Assembly: GCA_965223545.1 (NCBI GenBank)
Contig: OZ245006.1
Coordinates: 5,312,001 to 5,376,000 of the forward strand
Source: Planctomycetota bacterium
GTDB taxonomy: Bacteria; Planctomycetota; UBA1135; UBA2386
Direction of reading: 5' to 3'
Length of the DNA: 64,000 nucleotides
Made by a program: the position numbers and the translations under genes. The notes below the pieces were generated by a model that was not told where the DNA came from, made no database searches, and saw only the letters and a list, made by a program, of their open reading frames with translations. Positions 19,621 to 27,225 of the stretch are shown here, in pieces (within the stretch, counting starts at the first letter, position 1; each line of letters begins with the position of its first letter).

Positions 19621-21030
19621 TCAACTCGCCGGAGACTCCTCGTCCCCGTCACCACAGAGCTGCGCGACGATCTCGCGGGCGGTCTGGACGGCGTCGCCGT
19701 CCTCGTAATCGATCCTGATCGGGAACGCGGTGACCGCGGGCTCCGACAGGTTGCTGGCCGTGACCCTGCACGTGATCGTGCCACCGGTCACGTCCCGCTC
19801 GGCGAACACCAAGAAACGGAACAGCGTGGGCTCGACTCGGTGCCGAAGCACCTCGCATTCCAGCACGTGTCGGGCGTCGCGATCATTAGGCACGGGCTTG
19901 TAGTAGAAGTTGTGCGGGTCCCTTCTTTCTTGCTGAAACGAATTGAGGGCGGCCAACGCGCGTGGAGAGGGGTGGGGGTCAAAGAGCGATCTCAATTGAT
20001 CGTAGGTCGATCTGACCGCAGGCGGCACGGGAGGACTTGGCAGAGAGCTTGACGCCATGCGTCGCTGAGCCTTGTCGAGGGGATAGAGAAACACCAAGCC
20101 GTCGGACAGCCAGAACTCCAGTTGCGATTCTCTCGCGGGCGCGCCACCGGTGTTCTCGATCTCGATCGTGATTTCCGCGCATCGAGTCTTCGCGCTCAGT
20201 TGCTTCGGGAGGCTCGTTAAGCGCCGCTCGATCGACTGGACCCACTCGGGGTACTTGCTGCCCTGGTACTCTTCGATCTCACTCGACGACGGCGGCTGGA
20301 ACTTGCCAAGTTCCCAGAGCGCACCGACGGAGCGGGCATCGTGGAAGTCGAGCTTGACCGGGAACCGCCTCTTCACGTGTTCGACCAGCTCTGCGATCAG
20401 CGCGTCGGGGAGCGTGGCGTGTCTCACGACGTGAATCGTGGCACGCTCCGTTCTCAGCGCGATCTGGATCGCCGGCGAGGCGCCTTCAAGCAGCCGCACG
20501 CGGCGCTCCAATCGCGCGACCTGTTTCTGGTGCGAGTCGGGTTCCGGCTCCGCGAGCCAGCCGTCGGGGATGCGCAGCCACTTCAAACCCTGAGCGTTGG
20601 CTGTGTGCAACGCCACGGTGTCGTGGCTGAAGAACGTCAGTTCGTCATCTCGCCCGTGCGCGATCGCCTCAGCGACGATCCGGTCATCGGGGTGCGCTAG
20701 GTCTAGGTCCGGCGCCGGAACGGGGCGCGCGCCGGACAGTACCACATCGACTCTCGGTCCCGACTCGCGTAGAACGACGGGCTGGCCCGCGGCTTCGAGT
20801 AGTTGTCTGAACAGCCCGGAACTCAGATTCCGCGCCCGCCTGTTTCGTCGCCCCTTACCGTCGGACTTGAAGCGGTCCACCTCCCTGACGACGCTCCGCC
20901 CGAGCACGATTTGCACATGCCCTCCATGGCTGGGCAACTCGCGCCATGGCAGTTCTGGGAGGCTTCTGCACTCCATCAGGAAGTTGGTGTCGGGGAACAG
21001 GGCTAGCATCCGCGAAGGCTGTTCCGCCAC
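19621..21030 (-). CDS. PIN-domain protein with long C-terminal extension
   Basis: PIN acidic motifs FPDTNFL, VVREVDRFK, PDDRIVA, FSHDT, then a coiled coil and a beta-rich region. Start may be ATG 21009. Confidence 0.82.
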   Translation of the reverse strand: MAEQPSRMLALFPDTNFLMECRSLPELPWRELPSHGGHVQIVLGRSVVREVDRFKSDGKGRRNRRARNLSSGLFRQLLEAAGQPVVLRESGPRVDVVLSGARPVPAPDLDLAHPDDRIVAEAIAHGRDDELTFFSHDTVALHTANAQGLKWLRIPDGWLAEPEPDSHQKQVARLERRVRLLEGASPAIQIALRTERATIHVVRHATLPDALIAELVEHVKRRFPVKLDFHDARSVGALWELGKFQPPSSSEIEEYQGSKYPEWVQSIERRLTSLPKQLSAKTRCAEITIEIENTGGAPARESQLEFWLSDGLVFLYPLDKAQRRMASSSLPSPPVPPAVRSTYDQLRSLFDPHPSPRALAALNSFQQERRDPHNFYYKPVPNDRDARHVLECEVLRHRVEPTLFRFLVFAERDVTGGTITCRVTASNLSEPAVTAFPIRIDYEDGDAVQTAREIVAQLCGDGDEESPAS

Positions 21031-21117
21031 CTAGCGCTGGACCATCGTTCGGTATAAATGAGTTCTCCATATGGGTTTATGGAGAATCCTCGCTCTGCTG
21101 GGCTCAAGGGGGTGCCC

Positions 21118-21156
21118 TTGACATGTCGACAGGTTTGTTGTATATTCTTGTCAACA
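21118..21156 (+). promoter_or_regulatory. Sigma70-type promoter with overlapping operator-like dyads
   Basis: TTGACA (21118-21123), 17-nt spacer, TATATT (21141-21146); TGTCGACA at 21124-21131 and TGTCAACA at 21149-21156; AAGGAG RBS before ATG 21185. Confidence 0.8.
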
Positions 21157-21184
21157 CGCAAATGCAACTACCAAGGAGCCCACG

Positions 21185-21550
21185 ATGACCCGATTCGGAT
21201 CGCTTCTCCGGGACCACCGGCGGCGGGTCGGGCTGACGCTCAGGGCGTTCGCCGCCGATACCAACCTCGACCCGGCCTACGTCTCTCGCATCGAGCGCGG
21301 CGTGATCTCGCCGCCGAAGGACGACCTGAAGGTCGCGCTGCTAGCCGAGGCTGTCGGCTTGAACGAGGGTAGCGCCGAGTGGCAGGAGTTCAAGGATGCT
21401 GCGGCGCTGGACGCGGGTCGCTTGCCATCGGATCTCGCCTCGGACGAGGCGCTGCTGAACAAACTGCCCATCCTATTCCGCACGGCGCGCGGCGAGCGGC
21501 CAACCCGCCAGGAGCTGACCGACTTGTACGAGTTCCTGAAGGACAAGTGA
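21185..21550 (+). CDS. XRE-family HTH transcriptional regulator
   Basis: FGSLLRDHRRRVGLTLRAFAADTNLDPAYVSRIERG. Confidence 0.92.
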   Translation: MTRFGSLLRDHRRRVGLTLRAFAADTNLDPAYVSRIERGVISPPKDDLKVALLAEAVGLNEGSAEWQEFKDAAALDAGRLPSDLASDEALLNKLPILFRTARGERPTRQELTDLYEFLKDK

Positions 21551-22179
21551 GCTACCAGCGCCGCGACTACGACGAGCTGCGCCGAATCGTCGATCAGTTC
21601 CTGGAAAAGCACCACCCGAGCGGGCGCCTCCCGATCCCCATCGAGGAGATCGTCGAGTTCCAGCTAGAACTCGATATTGTGCCCATTCCCGGGCTGCGCG
21701 ACCGGTGTCAGTCGGAGGCGAACGGTTTTCTCGCTCGTGGGCGTGACGCGATCTTCGTGGACCAGTTTGTCGCCCAGCAGCGCGAGAACCGCTACCGGTT
21801 CACGCTGGCGTATGAAGTGGGGCGCTACCTGCTCCAGGAGTCGATCGTTGGCACGTGCAAGATCCATAGCCTGGAGTCGTACTTGGAGTGGCACGAGAAC
21901 TTGCCCGACTCCGTGTGGAAGAATGCGAAGTTCGAGTGCTACGACTTCGCAGGGCTCCTGCTCGTCCCGACGCCGCACCTCAACCGGGAAGCGCGGCACG
22001 CGCGCGACCGGGCTTTTGAGCGTCTGCGAGTCGCTGGCCGCGAACCCGAGGAGCACCTGGCGACGATCTGGTCGAGCGTCACCGCCTATCTTGCCGACAG
22101 CGTTTTCCAGGTGTCGAGCGAAGCGATGAAGCGAAGGCTTCGACGTGAGAACCTGATCCCTGCGGACCTGGAGCTGTAA
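21547..22179 (+). CDS. ImmA/IrrE (peptidase M78)-like protein with degenerate zinc site
   Basis: Family scaffold LPIPIEEI, RYRFTLA, FAGLLLVP, FQVS..AM..RL; the HExxH position reads YEVGR. Confidence 0.82.
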   Translation: MSYQRRDYDELRRIVDQFLEKHHPSGRLPIPIEEIVEFQLELDIVPIPGLRDRCQSEANGFLARGRDAIFVDQFVAQQRENRYRFTLAYEVGRYLLQESIVGTCKIHSLESYLEWHENLPDSVWKNAKFECYDFAGLLLVPTPHLNREARHARDRAFERLRVAGREPEEHLATIWSSVTAYLADSVFQVSSEAMKRRLRRENLIPADLEL

Positions 22180-22195
22180 TCACGTCCGCGCTGAA

Positions 22196-22366
22196 TGGCA
22201 GCCGGCTGTGTCGTGGTTTGTGGAGACTCGCGCCTGACAAAGCTCGTCACGTCCTCCGCTACCTGGCCGGCGACTGCTGGACGAGGTAGTCCGGCCCGAC
22301 CTGTGCGCTCGGCGGGGCGATGATCAGGCCCGCGAGAACCACAACGGCACGACACTCGGCTTGCCA
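22196..22366. ncRNA. Candidate structured RNA (long bulged stem enclosing internal hairpins)
   Basis: Six nested complementary blocks: TGGCA/TGCCA, GCCG/CGGC, GTGTCGTG/CACGACAC, TTGTGG/CCACAA, CTCGCG/CGCGAG, CCTGA/TCAGG. Inner pairs CTACCT/AGGTAG and CCGA/TCGG. Confidence 0.5.
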
Positions 22367-22448
22367 GCGAGCCTGATTCGCCTGCGACGAGCGAGAGGGT
22401 AGCAATCCTCATTCGAGGCGTCGGCGGCCGACTGTCGATAGTGGTGGC

Positions 22449-23117
22449 ATGGGGAACACGACCGATCCGGCTGTTGGCGACGAGTTGTGCCTCATGAGCG
22501 GCCACTTCGTCGCCGCGGCTCGCCAACATCTCGACAGTGTGAAGAAGTGTGAGGGGGCGAAGCAAGCGCTGGACCAGGAGCGATTTGCGCTCAGCGGCAT
22601 CATCTGCGCGGCGAGTGCGTTAGATGCAGTGATGACCGAGGCCAAGGCGCTGCGCCGACTGGACGCCCCCCACGGCATCGCGCCGGCGATCGTTGCTCTG
22701 AACGATCAACCGGCTAAGCCGGTTCTCGGGCTGCTCAAGTTTGTGCCCGAGGCTGATCAGCCGAACCCGGGCGACAGGCAATTCCGCGAGGTGTGCGCCG
22801 CGTACTTCCTCCGAAACAAGTTCGTCCACTGGGACGCCGTCTGGGCGCGGCCGTGGCCGCAACGCCTACACGACCTGGGCGTCGACTGGAAGGCCCGCGA
22901 CCCTCTCTATCGAGCAGCAACAGGCAAACCGGCTCCCTCGCGCCCCGTCTTCCCCGACGACGTGCTGTGCAGCGAGGGCGTCGCGTGGGCCATCGACGCC
23001 TGCACCGCATTCCTGCGCTGGTGGTCCTCGATGGCACGCACAAAGCCGTGGTGGGAAGGCGGGATAGTGCCCGCCAAGGTGATGATTGCCCGGGTGTCAC
23101 GCCGCCCGTCTCTGTAG
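22449..23117 (+). CDS. HEPN-like protein (RxxxxH)
   Basis: Helical protein with SGIICAASALDA and LRNKFVH (R at 22812, H at 22827). Confidence 0.6.
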   Translation: MGNTTDPAVGDELCLMSGHFVAAARQHLDSVKKCEGAKQALDQERFALSGIICAASALDAVMTEAKALRRLDAPHGIAPAIVALNDQPAKPVLGLLKFVPEADQPNPGDRQFREVCAAYFLRNKFVHWDAVWARPWPQRLHDLGVDWKARDPLYRAATGKPAPSRPVFPDDVLCSEGVAWAIDACTAFLRWWSSMARTKPWWEGGIVPAKVMIARVSRRPSL

Positions 23118-23602
23118 CAGGTCCGCGGTGGACAGCGAACTAGTTGGCGACCTTCTGATGCAGCCTGTTGTTTGCCTTCGGAGGTCACCCCACGTCGCGC
23201 TTACGCTTCACGCCCGCCTTCTCCAGGAGCAGGTCCGCGATCTTCTCCACGCAATCGCGCAGGTGGTCCAGCGAAGGGTGAACGTAGGTGCGCGTGCTGT
23301 TGCCGCGCGCCTTGGGCTTGGTGTGGTTCATCAGGATCGCCAGGTCGATCTCGCGCAGGAACGCCTCGTGCCCTGCGGTGGCGAACGTGTGCCGCAGCCG
23401 GTGGGGGCTCGGCAGGGATGGCAGCTTCTTGCCGGCTGCGTCGTAGCGTTGTGCGCGGGCGTCTTGCACGCAAGTGACTTGCCCCGTGCGGTTGCGCGTG
23501 GGGAACACGAAACCGCCATCGCCGTCGGTGAACAGCACTTGGTTTGTAAGCGTCCGGTGACGCCATGGCGGCCAGCGGTTGAAGAGCGACCGCCGACGCG
23601 TC

Positions 23603-25156
23603 TCAGCAGGACTGGCCGGCAGCGCGTGCCTTCGCCCAGCCCCAGGGCGTGAGTTCGGCGATGCGCGACGACGGCGTGGTGGCGACAGCGACCAAGACGT
23701 CCTCGAGGTAGCGCTCGACGTTGACCTTCGCCAGCTTGCAGCTGAGCACGATCGAGTAGAGGCGAGCTGCCACGTTGCCACCCTTCTCGCTGGCGAGCGT
23801 CATCCAGTTCTTCCGGCCCGTCACGACGTGGCGCAGGTCACGTTCGGTGTCGTTGTTGTGGATCGGCAGCCGGCCGTCGTCGAGGTGCGCGAGCAACGGG
23901 TCCCGCTGCCGGATGGCGTAGCTCACCGCCTTGCGAAGCAGTTCGTTGCCCGCGGTCGCCGGATCCTCCTGGAGGCCGAACACGATCTCGTAGAGGCTGT
24001 GGAGCACCGCTTTGGATCTGCGGCTACGAACGGTCTCACGCAGTTCGATGAGGGCTTCACGGGTCAGGTTCCGATCCTTCGCTCGGGACAGTACGGCGCG
24101 CTCGATCCAGAAAAGCCTCTGGATCGGTCGCAGCGCCAAACCAGCCCGTGATGCACCAGCAGTGAGCGCATCCCGAAACTTCCGACGGGCGTGCGCCCAG
24201 CAGCCAGCCCGCGTGATCGCGTTCTGCTGCGCTTTCGGGTTCACACCGTCGTAGCCATCGGTCAACAATGTCCCGGACCACGCGCCGAGAAAAGCGTTGG
24301 GCCCCTTCGCGGATCGATTGTCCCTGAAGTCGGCCACGACCATCTCGTTGGGGCTGCCGCGAGCGTTCCGCCAGGCCCAGAGCACACCGCGCCGGGTGCC
24401 CTTCTGGCCTTCCAGTCGCACCCTGATCGGGGTCTCGTCGGCTTGAAGAACATCTTCTTGAAGCAGCTGGCGCCGCATCTCGGCCAGGATCGGACGCGCC
24501 GCGATCTCGTCGAAGCGCGCCAGCATGTCCCACATGGTCTGCTTCGGGACGTGCGCCCCGAAGCGGCGGAAGATCCCCTGCAGGCGGTTCAGCGGCAGGT
24601 GGTCGCCGTACTTCGCTGTGACAAGATGCGCGTAGACGGAGGGCTCGTACTTCGCCTTCTCGACGACGCCGGCAGGCATCGACGCCATCTTCATCCTGTG
24701 CCCGTGCGGGCACGCGTACTTGTTGCGCACGTAGCGCTTCACGACCAACCGCGCTGGGATGATGTGGCCACGCTCGGTGACGTCAGTCCCGATGCAGTGC
24801 ATGGCCTCGCCGCACTCGGGGCAGCAGCGCTCCGCTTCCGGCACGTCGACCTCGACGACATGCCGATCCAGGTGCTCGGCGAACTGACCGCGACCGTGAC
24901 CGCGCTTCCGCTTCTTCTTCGGGTCAGGCTTCGCGAGTTCGCTCGACTGCTCCGCTTCCTGCGCCTGCTTCTGCAGCTCTTCGAGCTGCGCGACGCCGGC
25001 CTCGAACAACAGCAGTTGGTTCGGATTGATGTGCTCGCGGCGCCGTCCGAACGTGCGCTGCTTCATCAGTTCGAGCTGCCCGCGAAGGCGCTCGATCTCG
25101 GCGCGCAGCTTGACGATCGTCGAGTTGGCTTCGTCGAGGTCCGTGAGCGGCGTCAC
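23603..25156 (-). CDS. tnpC: IS66 transposase TnpC
   Basis: Leucine zipper, CPECG zinc finger, HLPLNR, ADET, TDGY, CWAHARRKF, NNDTERDLR, GRKNW. Confidence 0.96.
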   Translation of the reverse strand: MTPLTDLDEANSTIVKLRAEIERLRGQLELMKQRTFGRRREHINPNQLLLFEAGVAQLEELQKQAQEAEQSSELAKPDPKKKRKRGHGRGQFAEHLDRHVVEVDVPEAERCCPECGEAMHCIGTDVTERGHIIPARLVVKRYVRNKYACPHGHRMKMASMPAGVVEKAKYEPSVYAHLVTAKYGDHLPLNRLQGIFRRFGAHVPKQTMWDMLARFDEIAARPILAEMRRQLLQEDVLQADETPIRVRLEGQKGTRRGVLWAWRNARGSPNEMVVADFRDNRSAKGPNAFLGAWSGTLLTDGYDGVNPKAQQNAITRAGCWAHARRKFRDALTAGASRAGLALRPIQRLFWIERAVLSRAKDRNLTREALIELRETVRSRRSKAVLHSLYEIVFGLQEDPATAGNELLRKAVSYAIRQRDPLLAHLDDGRLPIHNNDTERDLRHVVTGRKNWMTLASEKGGNVAARLYSIVLSCKLAKVNVERYLEDVLVAVATTPSSRIAELTPWGWAKARAAGQSC

Positions 25157-25186
25157 TCCCTCTGATTAACACAAACCGGAGACGGA

Positions 25187-25567
25187 TCAAGTCACGGCCA
25201 GTCGTTGCAGCACCTGATCGCGAACTTCTCTGCGTCGCGCGCCACGGAGGTCGATGCCGTCCAACAAGAGCGCGAGATCGCTACTCGCAATCTCGAATCG
25301 GCTGTTGTTCTCAGCCGAGCGATCGAAGACCTGAAAGCGGCCGCTCGTCAGTCGCTTCGCCAGCACCCAGTAACCGGACGGCTCCCACACCAGTGCCTTC
25401 ATCATGGTCCGGCGCTTGTTGAAGAAGAGGAAGAGGTGACCAGATTGCGGGTCGTGGTCGACCACGTCGATGACCGCACCGGACAGACCACTGAAGCTCT
25501 TCCTCATGTCCACCGGCTTCCGGCAAACGAAGATCTTGACTTGCGGCGAGGGCGGAAAGCTCAGCAT
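25187..25567 (-). CDS. tnpB: IS66 accessory protein TnpB
   Basis: PVDMRKSFSGL, LFLFFNKRR, KRL..GRF, LLLDGIDL. Confidence 0.95.
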   Translation of the reverse strand: MLSFPPSPQVKIFVCRKPVDMRKSFSGLSGAVIDVVDHDPQSGHLFLFFNKRRTMMKALVWEPSGYWVLAKRLTSGRFQVFDRSAENNSRFEIASSDLALLLDGIDLRGARRREVRDQVLQRLAVT

Positions 25568-25905
25568 GGCAGCAAGACTCCGAGCAGCCGTCGGAGCGTC
25601 GCCTCGTCGAAGTCGCGCTGCACATCGACAACCGCGCCCGACGGCACCCGCAACTCAATGGCCGCTGCTCGTCGCGGCGATGGGGCCGCAGCGACCACCA
25701 GCTCCCCGAAGTCCGACACCGCCGGCGCGGACGTGGGCGCCGCCGCAGCTCGGGCTTGCCGCCTTGCCCAGTAGATGCGGTTTGCGTTGACTCCACGCCG
25801 GCGCGCGAACTCGGCGACCGTCACGCCTGAGTTGTCCAGCTCTTGAAGCAGCTCGCGCATCTCCGCCCGAGCCCACACGGGGATTCTCTTCGTCATCCGC
25901 CGCAT
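25561..25905 (-). CDS. tnpA: IS66 accessory protein TnpA (HTH)
   Basis: SGVTVAEFARRRGV...YWAR and IELRVPSGAVV; located inside the IRs. Confidence 0.88.
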   Translation of the reverse strand: MRRMTKRIPVWARAEMRELLQELDNSGVTVAEFARRRGVNANRIYWARRQARAAAAPTSAPAVSDFGELVVAAAPSPRRAAAIELRVPSGAVVDVQRDFDEATLRRLLGVLLPC

Positions 25906-26892
25906 CCTGCCGATCCGCCAGCGGCTTTCGAGATGCCTTCACCGGACGCTTACCTTGGTTTTCCTCTTCGCGGCGGCGAAGTATGTCCAACACGAACTCG
26001 CACACCGGCACCGTGAACGCCTTCCGCGCGCCGCCCTTGGGGTTCGGCCGGAACACCGTGCCGGCGTTCAGGTCCAGGTGCTCCCACCGAACCGACTTGC
26101 CGTCGTTCCGGCGCAGCCCCGTGAACAGGTAGAACAGCTGCAGGTCGCGCAGCACCGGGTTGCGCATCTCGTTGACCGCGGCCCACCACGCGGGCAGGTC
26201 ATCCCAGGCGATCGGGTCGTCCCGCTCGCGTTCCTGGTGGAACACGACGGCCTTCACCGGGTTGCGAGGAGGGACGTGTTCGTGGATCCGCGCGGCGGTG
26301 TTCCAAGCAGCCCGAACGTGGCGCAGCACTCGGTTGGCGATGTAGATGCCGTGCGCCTTGGTCAGGCTCTTGTGGATGCTCCGGCAGGCCGTGCCGTCGA
26401 GGTCGAGCAACGGGCGCCGCATCCGGTCGGACAGGTATTTCTCCGTTTCGTGCTCCATGTGCCCGATCGACACCGGCGACCGCTCCTTCGCGCGCATGTC
26501 TTCCAGGTGCAGATTCACGGCGTCGCCCAGCGTGATGGCTTGCTGCTCCGCGACCCGGGCGGCGTCGCGCGCGCTACGCTTGGCCTCGTTGGGGTTTTCC
26601 CCGGTGTCCATGTCGACTTTCAGCGCCCGGGCGCGCTTGCGGGCCTGATCGACCGTCCAGGGTCCGTAGCGGCCGATGGTGACCTTCACGGACTTGCCGT
26701 GCAGGTCACGCTGGAGGATGAAGGTCGCGTTGATCTGGCCAGGTCGGCGGGGGTGCCGAACGCGGATGCCAAGCCCGGCTTCCAACGTGTCCCAGAACAC
26801 GATTTCGCGCTTTCCGGGCGCGGGTGGATCCAACCTCCTGATGGAGGCGTCAGAGAGTTTGAGGCGGCGGGCGAGGTAGGTCATAGGTAGGC

Positions 26893-26915
26893 GCTGAGGT
26901 AGGGAATCGGTAGGT
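26893..26915 (+). repeat. Putative integrase arm-type binding sites
   Basis: GCTGAGGTAGGGAATCGGTAGGT; further AGGTAGG copies overlap the int start codon region. Confidence 0.65.
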
Positions 26916-27023
26916 GATGGCGTCCCGCTTGAACCCGCGGGAACACTCGCCACTCCACCTATCCCTTTGTCCTCGGTCGCCTTAGCACGTCGGGACCCGC
27001 AGCCGCCCGCTCCTGGTCGTCCA

Positions 27024-27069
27024 ACTACGGATCAGGAGGTTGGGGGTTCAAGTCCTCCCCGGTACGCCA
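27024..27069 (+). repeat. att core, distal copy (displaced 3' half of tRNA-Arg)
   Basis: Identical to 9195-9240; the 5' half of the tRNA is absent here. Confidence 0.95.
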
Positions 27070-27169
27070 ACATCAGCTGGCTAAAGCCAGCAGATGTTGT
27101 CGTTCCGGTGAGGACTTGTTCTCGCCGGCCGGCGCCGCTTCGCGGCTTGTTCGGCGAGTTCAAGTCCTC
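27068..27169. terminator. Two hairpins, probably the original tRNA-downstream structures
   Basis: CAACATC-A-GCTGGCT / AGCCAGC-A-GATGTTG at 27068-27099; GAGGACTTG..CTCGCCG / CGGCGAG..CAAGTCCTC at 27110-27169. Confidence 0.45.
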
Positions 27170-27225
27170 GCGCGATCGCGGGCTACGGTATGTACGGTGT
27201 CTGACTCGATTTTCTCGCTTGCGCG

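Larger units (their letters stand above)
23546..25953 (-). mobile_element. IS66-family insertion sequence (2408 bp)
   Basis: Terminal IRs GTAAGCGTCCGGTGACGCCAT / GTAAGCGTCCGGTGAAGGCAT; 8-bp target duplication CTTGGTTT at 23538-23545 and 25954-25961; tnpA-tnpB-tnpC order. Confidence 0.97.
23185..26884 (-). pseudogene. int: Tyrosine integrase with arm-binding N-terminus, interrupted by IS66
   Basis: N-part 26884-25954 (WDTLEAGLGIRV, TIGRYG, LFTGLRR, NPKGG) and C-part 23537-23185 (PHRLRHTF, LMNH, TRTYVH) join in frame as ENQ-VLF, giving 427 aa. Confidence 0.93.
9195..27069. mobile_element. Integrative element (phage-satellite-like genomic island) inserted in tRNA-Arg(ACG)
   Basis: Exact 46-bp direct repeat at 9195-9240 and 27024-27069; contains a tyrosine integrase, excisionase-like HTH and primase-helicase. 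Confidence 0.93.

Noticed and set aside
25655..25953. C-terminal ~100 aa of the ORF-track integrase (25655..26953)
   Set aside because: This is read-through into the IS66 end; the true C-terminus is at 23537-23185.
27024..27069. Second tRNA-Arg gene
   Set aside because: Only the 3' 46 nt are present, with no 5' acceptor strand or D-arm; it is the att duplicate.
9195..27069. Complete prophage or conjugative element
   Set aside because: No recognisable capsid, portal, large terminase, tail, lysis, relaxase or T4SS genes.
27158..27169. GTTCAAGTCCTC matching the tRNA T-arm as a relic of an older att site
   Set aside because: It is only 12 bp and is already explained as the right arm of a local hairpin.
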